A model generated the notes under the pieces. That model had not been told where the DNA came from, did no database searches, and saw only the letters and a program-made list of their open reading frames with translations. From Candidatus Heimdallarchaeota archaeon (GTDB taxonomy: Archaea; Asgardarchaeota; Heimdallarchaeia; JABLTI01): 64,000 nt of DNA. Position numbers and translations under genes: made by a program. The stretch is taken from NCBI GenBank assembly GCA_018238155.1, contig JABCTZ010000036.1, positions 32,001 through 96,000 on the forward strand, given 5' to 3'. Below are positions 48,117-58,560 of the stretch, in pieces. How positions within the stretch are numbered: position 1 is the stretch's first letter; each line of letters begins with the position of its first letter.

Positions 48117-48228
48117 GGTTTACAAACTCTAATATGTTGCTTTTCTTCCAATACAATCAATTGTTAATATTTCTTTCCCAATAATTTTTAACATTTGAAA
48201 CCTAGATTGACACAAGTATGGTGATACA

Positions 48229-48594
48229 ATGATATTTGAGAAAACAAATTTTGGTTCTATTATTATTGATGGGAAGAAATATACTCATGACATTTATCTT
48301 AACTTGGATGGAACAATATCCAAAAGAAAGAAAGAACTATCAAAACCATATAGCAAAGGTCACACAGTCTTAGGACCTAAAGAGATTAAATTCTTGCTGG
48401 ATCAAAAACCTGATACAATGATAATTGGTAAAGGACAATATGGTATTTTACCAATGCCCAAAGAATCTAAGAAGCTTTTAGATGAGTCTGGAATCATTAT
48501 TATTAAAACAAAAACACCGAATGCATTACCAATGTTAAATGAGCTTTTGAAACAAAAAGCGAAAATCGTTGCTATCTTGCATTTAACATGCTAA
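48229..48594 (+). CDS. Mth938-like (DUF498/AAMDC-family) protein
   Basis: FGSIIIDGKKYTHD, IIGKGQYG, C-terminal HLTC. Confidence 0.88.
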   Translation: MIFEKTNFGSIIIDGKKYTHDIYLNLDGTISKRKKELSKPYSKGHTVLGPKEIKFLLDQKPDTMIIGKGQYGILPMPKESKKLLDESGIIIIKTKTPNALPMLNELLKQKAKIVAILHLTC

Positions 48595-48665
48595 AGAAAA
48601 CATTGTTAGTAAATTGAAAAGTGTTTTATAGAAAGATAGATAATAATTGTTAAACACAAGAAATA

Positions 48666-49880
48666 TTGGAGAGCAAAAATGTGCCAAAAAGAGATGTTCT
48701 AACACAAAAGGTTTTCACTCTAAGAAAACCCAGTTTTTCAAAAATTCGTTCTCCAACAATAACTGCTGCTGAAAAAGAAATAAATGACCATCTAAAACGT
48801 AATGATATTGAATCAACAGCAGACCCTTGCAATAAGGGAGATATTTTAGTTGTTTTTATACATGGTTTTGCTGCATCTAAATATTGTTGGCTTGATCCTG
48901 ATGTTGGTAATATGGGTTGGGTTAAGGACTATGAGAATACTCCATCTACTCGTGATTTCGGTTGGCATACAATTCCTCCTCCTCCCTTTGTTCCTGTAGA
49001 CTGGACATTATCAAATCAAATAATCATTAATGGTGCATCGACAGAGATGGATAAAAGGGGAGTAGAGTGGTTGACCTACTCACAAAGTTCAGCTTTTGGA
49101 GATATTAAAAATTCTGTAGATGAATTGAAAAGGATTATGCACGAAATAAGGATTGTTTATGGTTCTAGAAGAATTGTCATTATCGCTCATTCACGAGGTG
49201 GACTGATTTCGAAGAGATATCTTGATACAGTTCAAGATACTGATGTTGTGAAACTCGTAACGTTTGGCACACCTTATGGTGGAACATTTATGTCTTCCAT
49301 GGAAACATTTCGAAAACCTTCAAAACATTTCTTGAATAGATTTAAAACTGCAAGAAAGTTGTGGGATGTCAGCAAAGAACGTCGTGTCGAATCTGTGTCT
49401 ACAAAACAAATGGCTCCAAATTCAGACTTTCTCACGGAATTACATACTTGTGGTTGTAGAAAAGACATCGAATATGTTAATGTAGCAGGTTCAAATTCGC
49501 ATTACACTAATGTGTATTCCTGGAGATGGGCATCATCTTCTTGGAAAAGAAACTTTAGATTAGCAAGACGAAAGAAAAAGGAACGAAAAAAACTGATAGC
49601 AAATAATCATCCTCCAATTGATTGGTGTACTCTCCCAAATTATTCTTTTATTAATGCTCACAATTGGATTATGGAACCTGTCAAATTATTTGAAATTTAT
49701 CCTAACATTGGATATCATGAGGTAATACAAGGAGATGGTGCTGTTGCAATTAAAAGTGCTCTTCTTGCTCTTCCAGAAGTAAAGCATTATATTATACATA
49801 AAAATCATATTGATATGACTTGTTGTATTGATGGATATGAAATAATGCATAGAGAATTGGAGTTTAGTATTGAAGATTAA
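48666..49880 (+). CDS. Alpha/beta hydrolase (lipase/PGAP1-like)
   Basis: FIHG, nucleophile AHSRGG, GTPYGG, GDGAV, NH; start may be GTG 48681. Confidence 0.8.
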   Translation: MESKNVPKRDVLTQKVFTLRKPSFSKIRSPTITAAEKEINDHLKRNDIESTADPCNKGDILVVFIHGFAASKYCWLDPDVGNMGWVKDYENTPSTRDFGWHTIPPPPFVPVDWTLSNQIIINGASTEMDKRGVEWLTYSQSSAFGDIKNSVDELKRIMHEIRIVYGSRRIVIIAHSRGGLISKRYLDTVQDTDVVKLVTFGTPYGGTFMSSMETFRKPSKHFLNRFKTARKLWDVSKERRVESVSTKQMAPNSDFLTELHTCGCRKDIEYVNVAGSNSHYTNVYSWRWASSSWKRNFRLARRKKKERKKLIANNHPPIDWCTLPNYSFINAHNWIMEPVKLFEIYPNIGYHEVIQGDGAVAIKSALLALPEVKHYIIHKNHIDMTCCIDGYEIMHRELEFSIED

Positions 49881-49913
49881 TATCCATAAATTATCTGCTG
49901 TGGTTGTTTAATT

Positions 49914-50933
49914 TTGAAAGAGATGAAAATTATCCAAACAGATCAAAAAAAACAGATTACAATCAAGCACATACCATTTTGGCGGTTATTCTGGTTTGCA
50001 AAATTAACAATAAAAATTCATGAAAAGGATCCCATATTCCGTAAAGCACAAGTCAATTTTTCTGAAAGGTTAAAGTTCTTTTTTAGTTTTAGTTGGAAAC
50101 TTCTCTTCCAATCACGTTTCATATTGTTGGAAAATGGTCATGTTTGTGGCACGCTGTCGTTAGATGTTAAACCTGATTCAGTTTTTGTTTTTGCTGTTGG
50201 TATATTTGAAGAGTATCGACGCAAAGGATATGGTAGTTTACTCATGGAATTCACGGAAGATTTTGCAAAAAAACGAAAAATAAATTTTGTTAATTTTTCT
50301 GTTCTGCTTGAAAACAAATCTGCAACAAGTATGTATTATAAATTGGGCTATAAATCTCAAGGAATAGGGTTAACGCTGATCAGGTATATTCAAGAGAAAT
50401 TGGTGTCAATAAATGCAGATGGTTTAATTGATCAATATGGTGCAATAAATTTTAGAAGAGTGATACTTAAAAATGAAATCAAATCAAAAATAATTCATTG
50501 GTGGAGTGAGGAAATTGAAGCTTTTGCAGGTCAAAACGCAAAAGCAAATAGTATTCAAACAAATCTTTTAGACTTTGATTTCAGGAACGAATGGAAAATA
50601 TTCGAAATTATTACTAATGATGAGGAATCTGGGATTGTTGCAATTCTTCCTTCAGATGTTTTCTTAACATTAGTCTTTTTTACTGATCCGAAAAATACTT
50701 GGACGATAAATTGGACTAAATTATTTTTGCACTCACTTGTAAAAGAAAAAATTAGTAACTCCTTAATAAAAAAGAGTACTACCTCACCAAGTTTAATCTC
50801 ACTGAATGCTTCTCCACTAGTTCAGGTTTTTCTAACATATCAGCACAAAGATGCTCTTGAAAAAACAAACAAATCACTCTTTACTCACGATTCAAATGAG
50901 GACCGACAAATTTTTTTCAAAAATCTTGATTAA
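49914..50933 (+). CDS. GNAT acetyltransferase with C-terminal extension
   Basis: YRRKGYG, N..A..MYYKLGY. Confidence 0.8.
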   Translation: MKEMKIIQTDQKKQITIKHIPFWRLFWFAKLTIKIHEKDPIFRKAQVNFSERLKFFFSFSWKLLFQSRFILLENGHVCGTLSLDVKPDSVFVFAVGIFEEYRRKGYGSLLMEFTEDFAKKRKINFVNFSVLLENKSATSMYYKLGYKSQGIGLTLIRYIQEKLVSINADGLIDQYGAINFRRVILKNEIKSKIIHWWSEEIEAFAGQNAKANSIQTNLLDFDFRNEWKIFEIITNDEESGIVAILPSDVFLTLVFFTDPKNTWTINWTKLFLHSLVKEKISNSLIKKSTTSPSLISLNASPLVQVFLTYQHKDALEKTNKSLFTHDSNEDRQIFFKNLD

Positions 50934-51032
50934 ATTATTAAATAGAACAAATCTTTTAACTTTAGTAAGCTTGAAAGAATTAATTGAGTAATCTTATCCT
51001 TATTCTTTATCTAGGTAAGAAGGTGAATTGGA

Positions 51033-51713
51033 ATGACCACGATTGATGAAAATGAGATAATAGTTGATGGAAAAAGTGAAATGATAATTACTCATTCAAA
51101 GAAAAGAATATTGATAGAACTTGCCTTCTTCTTATTTTGGAGTGCAATTGGTACTACATTGATTGTTTTTGGTTCTAAATTCATTTATTCTGCTGAACTT
51201 GGGCTTGGTATTCCCATGATAGTTATTGGCAGTTTTTTTGTAGTTATTTTCTTCGATTCATTTCTTTCTAAATTAACTAACAGAATAATATTGAATCAGA
51301 ACGGGATACAAACTAGAGTTCATATTGGATGGTCTTCTCTATCTTGGAAAGAAATTGAAGCACTTGAAATTGAAAAACGTGCATCTTCACTAATGAAAAA
51401 TGATAGGTCTTCAAGAATAACAATATTGAAAATTGTTTCCAATAATGAGAAACAAATAATATATCCAATGTTTAGATTTCATGCTATTGAATCAGAAAAT
51501 ATTGTTAGCTTGATTAAAGAGTACTTCAAAATCAATAGAGATATTGAACTCAATGAGAAAACAATTAAATTCTCCGGAAATGATGAATTTGAACCTACTA
51601 ATAACTCTGATAAAAACCACTCTTCAAATCTTGAAGATAAAATTGAATCACAAATACCTCCTCGAGTAGAGGATTATGAAATTGATGATGTTCCACCAAA
51701 TTCATCTACATAG
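51033..51713 (+). CDS. Membrane protein with two TM helices and a PH-like soluble domain
   Basis: Two hydrophobic helices, then ILNQNGI...LSWKEI pattern; GGTGA before ATG. Confidence 0.6.
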   Translation: MTTIDENEIIVDGKSEMIITHSKKRILIELAFFLFWSAIGTTLIVFGSKFIYSAELGLGIPMIVIGSFFVVIFFDSFLSKLTNRIILNQNGIQTRVHIGWSSLSWKEIEALEIEKRASSLMKNDRSSRITILKIVSNNEKQIIYPMFRFHAIESENIVSLIKEYFKINRDIELNEKTIKFSGNDEFEPTNNSDKNHSSNLEDKIESQIPPRVEDYEIDDVPPNSST

Positions 51714-52716
51714 TTAGTGATGAACAATTTACAATCCATTCATGATGATGATCATAAGACTTGATATCTTCACTATATTTTATCATTCGTAATAAAGATG
51801 ATCGGATATGGAATCCGTATTTCAGAAGGTATTCAAATACTAACCAGTAACTCGAGTTAATACTCATTCTAAAATCTTTTTTACCATTTTTCTGTCCAAA
51901 ATCTTCACAACAAAGAAGAAGAGTATCTAATACTTGCTTATTTTTTTCATCTTTATCAATAACAATTATTTTTACCATTAACGTAGGATTATCTGTATCA
52001 CCCCGTTTATTAGTTATTAATCTGCAATTCGCAAATGCTATAATGAAACCATCTTTCTTTAATAAAATGGTTTCACCTTGATGGTATTTTTCCGTAATAA
52101 CTATTTTTGAAGAATAATCTAATCCATTCTCTATTTTATTTGATAACCAGCTACATCTTGTGAGAGCATCTTCTCGTTGTGATTCATTGGAAAAATATTC
52201 TATTTCAATACTACCCTCTTCAAGTAATTCGTTTAGTTTTTTTTGTTTTTCAGCAGTAAAATTTATTTCCTTTGTTAAAAACATCGTTTGGAAAGCTGGT
52301 TTGAATCCTAATTTACTGTATAAGCCAATATTTGTTGCACTTGAAGTCATCGTTTCTAAACTTAATTTTGTAACATTCTTTTCAACATCGAGATATTTTA
52401 TTGCCCCTATCATTAATTCCTTTCCTACTCCTTTATTTTGATAATCGGGGTGCACACCAAATGTACCTATCCATCCAAATTTTCCCCAAACATGAGCAAA
52501 GATTGCACCGACAACCTTTCTTTTATCTATAGCAACCAAACTTCCATTTGGGTCTAATTCCATATATGGAATGATATATTCAGGTAATCTATATCTTTTC
52601 TCAACATCCTTTCCTCGTCTTTGAATTCTCCATGCATGAAAAGCATCAGCTAATACTTCTATGACTTCTGGCAGATGCTTTTTAGTCATCTTTGTAATTT
52701 TCATATGAATAGCCAC
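51706..52716 (-). CDS. Tandem-domain GNAT acetyltransferase
   Basis: GVHPDYQNKGVG, LYSKLGF; second degenerate GNAT domain (LLKYGF). Confidence 0.85.
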   Translation of the reverse strand: MAIHMKITKMTKKHLPEVIEVLADAFHAWRIQRRGKDVEKRYRLPEYIIPYMELDPNGSLVAIDKRKVVGAIFAHVWGKFGWIGTFGVHPDYQNKGVGKELMIGAIKYLDVEKNVTKLSLETMTSSATNIGLYSKLGFKPAFQTMFLTKEINFTAEKQKKLNELLEEGSIEIEYFSNESQREDALTRCSWLSNKIENGLDYSSKIVITEKYHQGETILLKKDGFIIAFANCRLITNKRGDTDNPTLMVKIIVIDKDEKNKQVLDTLLLCCEDFGQKNGKKDFRMSINSSYWLVFEYLLKYGFHIRSSLLRMIKYSEDIKSYDHHHEWIVNCSSLTM

Positions 52717-52781
52717 TTCTTAGTTTTTAGCTTAACCAATTTAAAGATTTTTTTTCTAGAAGAACAATTGTTGCTATTTAG

Positions 52782-53288
52782 TCAGGGTTGGAATATTTTC
52801 ATTCCATTTATAATAAATAATGTAATGCCAATTACAACAAGTACTAATCCTAAAACTCGACCAAGAACAAGAGATTTTTTTAATCCTAAACCATTAACAG
52901 TTTTTTCTCCAAGGTGGGGGAGAATAATAACACCAAATCCTAAAGAGATGAATATTAAGAAAACAAATAATAAATTGCCGGAAATAGCTAATGAAACTAA
53001 CAAACTAATAGGAACTAAAATTATAAATAAATAATAGATTAAACGAAAATTATTCGAATATTTGTAGAATCGGATTATTTTTTGTTCATGCTCTTTGGAG
53101 CAATAATAATATTTCTTTTTTTGCTTGTCCTTAGATATTTCGACTTGCAAAAACTGCTCATTTTCATCTTCTAAATTATGACACCAATAACACAATGGTT
53201 CTATTGATTCTTTCAAAGTAGTTTCTAAGTTATTTTGTGGATCCAAAGTTCGTGTATCTTTATTGTTATTTTCAGTATTTCGTGTCAT
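52782..53288 (-). CDS. Membrane protein with N-terminal TRASH/Zn-binding-like motif
   Basis: CYWC...YYYCSKEH followed by three hydrophobic helices. Confidence 0.65.
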   Translation of the reverse strand: MTRNTENNNKDTRTLDPQNNLETTLKESIEPLCYWCHNLEDENEQFLQVEISKDKQKKKYYYCSKEHEQKIIRFYKYSNNFRLIYYLFIILVPISLLVSLAISGNLLFVFLIFISLGFGVIILPHLGEKTVNGLGLKKSLVLGRVLGLVLVVIGITLFIINGMKIFQP

Positions 53289-53489
53289 GAAGAACCACTA
53301 GAGTATTGAAATAAAATCTTTCCCTAAATTTCTATTAAAATCCTACAATTTGAAATCATTATGCTTTTATTCCCAAAAAACAGCTTAATATCAAATAAGC
53401 CATTCATTATACAAATCTTATTCAAAGCAACAAACTTAAAAGTAAAATGCCTATTAATAAAACCATAGAAAAACTATAGGTGAAATATC

Positions 53490-53633
53490 GTGCCCTTCCA
53501 ATGTCCAAAGTGCGGATCAGAAAATATCAAAGAAGTAGAAGACAAATCAAGAGTTTTAGGCTATGCAGGTCATGTGCCCATTTACGCAAAAGTAAAAGTT
53601 TGTAAAGAATGTAGCAACAGGTTTACTGATTAA
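53490..53633 (+). CDS. 47-aa zinc-ribbon protein (not in ORF track)
   Basis: GGTGA-N6-GTG; MPFQCPKCGSENIKEVEDKSRVLGYAGHVPIYAKVKVCKECSNRFTD with two CxxC pairs. Confidence 0.8.
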   Translation: MPFQCPKCGSENIKEVEDKSRVLGYAGHVPIYAKVKVCKECSNRFTD

Positions 53634-53746
53634 TAACTTGAACCAACAAAGTGCCTTAAAGAAAGAACTGATTTTTTTCTTTCTTTTCTCGTGATTTTGA
53701 TAACTGAATACGATTTTTTTTCTTTATTTTTCTTATATATTCAATT

Positions 53747-53938
53747 CTATTCTTGTACCCAAATGACTTTACCATTTGGTTGTGGGACTTGAGTTATTTC
53801 GATGATAATGGGTGGTCGCACACGAATTTTGAGTCCGTATTTTCGTGCAAGTTCATTTAATTTTTCTTTGGTATCTTCTAAAGCATGAACAATGGTTTCA
53901 TCTACTAAAAAATCGAGAGTTTCTTTATCAATGGGCAT
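53747..53938 (-). CDS. Small hypothetical protein
   Basis: 63 aa; GAGGA before ATG; fills an intergenic gap. Confidence 0.6.
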   Translation of the reverse strand: MPIDKETLDFLVDETIVHALEDTKEKLNELARKYGLKIRVRPPIIIEITQVPQPNGKVIWVQE

Positions 53939-54096
53939 CTGTATTCCTCATTTACGTTTATACATCAAGTCTTTTTCTCAGTTTCTATAATTAACATTAA
54001 TTTCCTTGAATATTTGGTAATCATAATTTCAATATTCGGTAGATTTTTGTAATATGAATTCCTAGTCAAAGTACCAATTACTCTGAGGAAAAATAG

Positions 54097-54630
54097 TTGA
54101 CCAATGTAACTAAGACTTTACTTAACTCATTTATTACTGCTGTTTTTGGATTAAGTCTATTAATATTTTCTGCTTATTTTATAGACCGTCAACCAGTTAT
54201 GTTTTGGTTTTTAGCTGTTTTAATTTGGATTATTGCCGGTATTATCAATGGACTCCTTTTTACAGGGTGGAAAGAAGCACTAATTTCTGGTGGAATAATA
54301 AGTGGTGCTATTTTTCTTATTGTGTCTATATTTTTGGTATTACTCAGGTTATTATCTGAAGCTATCGTTGAATACTTTTCTGGTCTTGATATTTACCATT
54401 TAGATAGTATCTTTGGTATCTCGTTTTTGATTGGTTTGTTGTTTGCTCTTGTAGGTGGAGCAATTTTTACTGGTTCTGCTATTGCGACCATTTATATTAT
54501 GAGTGGCATAAAAAAGTCAGAAGGCATTCAATCAACTCAAAATTATGAATCAGAGTTATTTGAGCAGTATGAAACAGATGATAGTACTGCTGGTGAGTAT
54601 CATTCCTTTGAAGAGAAGGAGGAAATTTGA
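54097..54630 (+). CDS. Hypothetical membrane protein (about 4 TM) with acidic tail
   Basis: Hydrophobic helices; GAGGA before TTG. Confidence 0.7.
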   Translation: MTNVTKTLLNSFITAVFGLSLLIFSAYFIDRQPVMFWFLAVLIWIIAGIINGLLFTGWKEALISGGIISGAIFLIVSIFLVLLRLLSEAIVEYFSGLDIYHLDSIFGISFLIGLLFALVGGAIFTGSAIATIYIMSGIKKSEGIQSTQNYESELFEQYETDDSTAGEYHSFEEKEEI

Positions 54631-54754
54631 GAGTGAAATTTCTACCTGCTCAATTAAAATAATAGGAACTCGTTCACCTAATCGCAAGGTTATTATTTGA
54701 ATCTCGTTACGTTTACCTCGAAATTCGTATATTATATATGATTCTTTGTGATGG

Positions 54755-55189
54755 ATGAAAGAAATGTTTGACCTGCTAGATAAAGAAATAATTGATTTGC
54801 TAAGAGAAGATTCACGAACTACAAATGTCCAAATTGCGAAAAAAATTAAGAGAAGCGAATCGACTGTCAGACAAAGAGTAAATAAATTAGTAGAGAAAGG
54901 AATAATTAAAAAATTCTCTATACTGGTAGATCCAATTGCAATGGGTTTCAATACTATTGCTTATATCGGTATTAATACTCATCCAAGTCGTTTACTAAAA
55001 GCAATAAAAGCATTGAAAAAAATAGATGAAATAATCTTTATTTCCACAACAACAGGTGATTATATGATTCTTTGTCAAATTTGGGCTGAGGATGGTGTAC
55101 ATTTATCTGAAGTTGTTGATAAAATCGAAGAAATCGATGGTGTTTTGGAAGTTTTACCATCAATTATTCAAGAGCGTCATAAAGAGTAG
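54755..55189 (+). CDS. Lrp/AsnC-family transcriptional regulator
   Basis: DLLDKEIIDLLREDSR...SESTVRQRVNKLVEKGII HTH; TTGDY RAM domain. Confidence 0.93.
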   Translation: MKEMFDLLDKEIIDLLREDSRTTNVQIAKKIKRSESTVRQRVNKLVEKGIIKKFSILVDPIAMGFNTIAYIGINTHPSRLLKAIKALKKIDEIIFISTTTGDYMILCQIWAEDGVHLSEVVDKIEEIDGVLEVLPSIIQERHKE

Positions 55190-55202
55190 TAGTCGATTCT
55201 TT

Positions 55203-56150
55203 CTATTTTTCTCTAATGAAATCCAATGGATAATGCTTCTCGATTAGATCCTTAATATTTACTCTGGTAAAATTGTTAGCTGATTTTACAATTTTTTCGT
55301 GCAAATTTTTGACTATTTGAACTGCTCGTGCAGCGGGGTCCATTTCTCCAATAATAACACCAATAACATTCATCTTGTTCTTTGTGATAACTAATTGCTT
55401 GCTTTCAACTTGAAGGAGCGTTTCTGCTGTATCGAATCCACTCATTTGTTTAATAAATTTGATTGTCTCAGCACGCCCTTTTTTGAACAAGGTAACATTT
55501 TTAGCTTGTGTCTTTGGTTTTCCAAAGAGTACAGTATCAATCTCCATCCCTTCACTTTTGAAAAATAAGTATCCGCAGATTTTGACATTATTCGTAGGAA
55601 GATCTTCATCTTTACATAATTTTAACGTTAGCCAGTCCCAAGATTCAAAGAGTTGTGCACCTGTTAATGCTGAACATCTAGTAAAATTGTATTTTCGTTG
55701 TAAACGTATGAGTTCACCAAAATCTATTACATCTAACACTTCATCTGTAGAAGCAGCATTTTCAAGATCAATTTTATTTGAAATAAATAAAATAGGTGCT
55801 TTATCATTAAAAGAAAGTGCTCTGTTAAATTCTTCTGAAGCTAATTCAAATCTTTCCTTATCTGCGGAATCTAAAACAAATACAAGTCCATCTGCACTTT
55901 TGATAAATTTCTCCCATAAGGATTCTCTCAAAGGGGTCTGACCACCTAGATCATAAACAATAAATTCCAAAGCTCGATACTTGTATACTTCAATATTAAC
56001 TCCAAAGGTTGGACGAGAAAGAGTAAATTCTGATTTCAATATCCTCTTAACGATTGTTGTTTTTCCCGCACCATCTAAACCAATAATAGCTACTGATTTC
56101 TTCTCAGAATCTTCACTTTTTGTTTTTTTTAATCTTCTAAATAAAGACAT
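55203..56150 (-). CDS. Arf-family small GTPase fused to a C-terminal longin/roadblock-like domain
   Basis: GLDGAGKTT, PTFG, DLGGQ, NKID, CSA; extra C-terminal alpha/beta domain of about 130 aa. Confidence 0.88.
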   Translation of the reverse strand: MSLFRRLKKTKSEDSEKKSVAIIGLDGAGKTTIVKRILKSEFTLSRPTFGVNIEVYKYRALEFIVYDLGGQTPLRESLWEKFIKSADGLVFVLDSADKERFELASEEFNRALSFNDKAPILFISNKIDLENAASTDEVLDVIDFGELIRLQRKYNFTRCSALTGAQLFESWDWLTLKLCKDEDLPTNNVKICGYLFFKSEGMEIDTVLFGKPKTQAKNVTLFKKGRAETIKFIKQMSGFDTAETLLQVESKQLVITKNKMNVIGVIIGEMDPAARAVQIVKNLHEKIVKSANNFTRVNIKDLIEKHYPLDFIREK

Positions 56151-56401
56151 TTGATTAATTCCCTTTGTTTGTGAAAAGATTGTTATTTTGCTTGATTTCC
56201 TTCAATGATATCTTTAGAACGAAACTCATATAGTATCAGAATTAATTCAAATACTAAAAGTTTTAGTTTTGGTAAAAAATCGAAATAATGTTGAAAATAC
56301 AACAATAATCGCTGTCAGTAGATAATTTTTTCTAATAGCAAACAAATAAAAAGTTAAGAGATATGTTATGGTGTAGAATAAAATACTTTAGGTGCTAAAA
56401 A

Positions 56402-57328
56402 ATGAGTCAAGAATATATTATTGAAGTCAAAAACATAGTCAAAGAATATGGCTCAATAGAAGCACTTTCAGAAATATCATTCAATATCAGTAAAGGACAA
56501 ATTTTTTCGCTTCTAGGTTCTGACAGTTCAGGAAAAACTTCATTGATCGAAATTTTAGTTGGATTGCGAAAACCAACTTCTGGAGAAGCTTTTATTTTAG
56601 GTTACAATATTAATAGCAAATTTGAGATGCGAGAGATTAAGAAAAGAATAGGCGCATTACCACAAGAATTCAAAACACATGACAATCTTACAGTGAAAGA
56701 AAATATTCTATTTTGGGGGAAAATGTATGATAAAATGGTTGACCCCATAGAATTAATGAAACTAATGAAACTTGATGATGTAGCAAATATTCGGTACAAA
56801 AAATTATCAAATACATTGAAACAAAAAGTTGGGATAGCTACTACTCTTGTAAGCGATCCTGAGATAATCTTTCTTGATCAACCTACTGCTGGTTTAGATT
56901 ATTATGTTAAGAAGGAAATTTGGCAAGTATTGATGGATATTCGAGACCAAGGAAAAACTATTTTTCTAACCTCTAATGATGTATTAGAACCTCAAGCTAT
57001 CGCTGATCGAGTAGCAATTCTCCACAACGGAATAATAAAAGATATTGGCTCTCCCAACGAATTGATTGATAGATATAGCAATGAAAAAAAATTCATTATC
57101 AGATGTCCTAATAAGGTTATCACACAGAACGCCTTAAATGCTTTACAAGAAATAAAGGTTGTAGAATTTGAAACTGGCGATTTAGTTGTTTCGAGTGATG
57201 AAATAACCTTACTGGAATTACTGGAAAAACTAGAGAAATTTAATGTTAAATATTCAGATATAATTACACAAAGTCCTTCTTTGAATGATGTCTTTCTAAT
57301 TTTAACCGGAGAAGAATTACGTAAATAA
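56402..57328 (+). CDS. ABC transporter ATP-binding protein with degenerate catalytic motifs
   Basis: Walker A GSDSSGKT, Q-loop PQ, signature LSNTL, Walker B FLDQP, switch TSND. Confidence 0.9.
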   Translation: MSQEYIIEVKNIVKEYGSIEALSEISFNISKGQIFSLLGSDSSGKTSLIEILVGLRKPTSGEAFILGYNINSKFEMREIKKRIGALPQEFKTHDNLTVKENILFWGKMYDKMVDPIELMKLMKLDDVANIRYKKLSNTLKQKVGIATTLVSDPEIIFLDQPTAGLDYYVKKEIWQVLMDIRDQGKTIFLTSNDVLEPQAIADRVAILHNGIIKDIGSPNELIDRYSNEKKFIIRCPNKVITQNALNALQEIKVVEFETGDLVVSSDEITLLELLEKLEKFNVKYSDIITQSPSLNDVFLILTGEELRK

Positions 57329-57352
57329 GTACTAACATTTGGTGGAAAAAAT

Positions 57353-58540
57353 ATGAGTGAAGATATTGTCCAATCTGATGAAATCGATCCAAAACCTATC
57401 GAATTATTCATCAGAAAAATAAGAGCTGCCTTAAAACCGGTTGTAAGTAGCTTCAGGAGAATATCGAACCAAATTGGGGGACTTAGTTTAGGATTTTTCA
57501 GATCACCTGGGCTGATTTTTCTCACCATTGTTCTTCCAATCATTTTAACCTTATTATTTGGAGCACTATTTGGCAGTACAATAGATACAAATTATCAGTT
57601 AGATGTTTTTGATAAGGATCAAAGTGAAGCATCAATACAATTTACTAATTATTTGGAAAATAACACTGGTTTGACAATAGAAGTGCTCGATGAAACAAGA
57701 ATAAATCCAATCGAATGGTTAAAAGAGAATACCAAAACAATTCTTTTGGTAATTCCAATGAATTGGGGAGTTTATTTAAACAATTCAGTTTCTACAGATT
57801 TAACAGTTTATTATGATCATTCATCATCATCTGCGAAAACTATTTTGAAAATTATTGAGGAAGCAGTAATCGATCTCAATTTCGAGATTTTAGCAATTGA
57901 TAATACTTTGGGAATAGAAATTGAGGATTTGTATGTAAATAATCTAAAATTCATTGACTCACTTGTTCCTGGAATTATCATGATTTCTGTTTCTACAATT
58001 GCATTAATTACTAGTCTTAGTTATGATATCAACGAAAAACAGAGTGGTATATTACGAAAATTCGTTACAACACCTGTTTTTAAATTCGAATGGGTACTTG
58101 CTAAGCAATTTTGGCAAATAATTCTAGCATTTCTTGCTAGTACTTTAACAGTATTAATAGCATTAATTTTTGACTTTCAAATTACAAAATTACATCCTGT
58201 GATGTTAGTAATAATTTTATATGGTTCATTAACATTTTCTGGCATTGCTATGATACTTGTAAGACTAATTTCTAATCCCGAAGGTGTTATGTTTGCTTCT
58301 GTATTATTTACGATTCCACAAATTCTACTAAGTGGGGCATTAATGCCGATTGATACTTTTCCACTTTTCTTACAATATGTCGCTCGAGTATTTCCAATAT
58401 ATTATTTAACTGAAGGAATGAGAGCATTAATGCTCGGTCCTTCTCAAGGAGTTTTTTGGATCAATTTTTCCATTTCAACAGTTATGGCAATAGGTTTCTT
58501 TGTGATGGGGATAGTAATCACAAAATGGAAACAAGAATAA
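57353..58540 (+). CDS. ABC-2 type transporter permease with large extracellular loop
   Basis: TM1 - soluble domain - five TM; PGII, SGILRKF.TTP, LSGALMP. Confidence 0.9.
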   Translation: MSEDIVQSDEIDPKPIELFIRKIRAALKPVVSSFRRISNQIGGLSLGFFRSPGLIFLTIVLPIILTLLFGALFGSTIDTNYQLDVFDKDQSEASIQFTNYLENNTGLTIEVLDETRINPIEWLKENTKTILLVIPMNWGVYLNNSVSTDLTVYYDHSSSSAKTILKIIEEAVIDLNFEILAIDNTLGIEIEDLYVNNLKFIDSLVPGIIMISVSTIALITSLSYDINEKQSGILRKFVTTPVFKFEWVLAKQFWQIILAFLASTLTVLIALIFDFQITKLHPVMLVIILYGSLTFSGIAMILVRLISNPEGVMFASVLFTIPQILLSGALMPIDTFPLFLQYVARVFPIYYLTEGMRALMLGPSQGVFWINFSISTVMAIGFFVMGIVITKWKQE

Positions 58541-58560
58541 ATAAAGGTGGATGAAAATAA

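Noticed and set aside
52690-52784. Possible TGA readthrough/selenocysteine after the 52782-53288 gene and other TGA-ending ORFs
   Set aside because: No redox-motif context, extensions look non-coding, and no SECIS-like element was recognised
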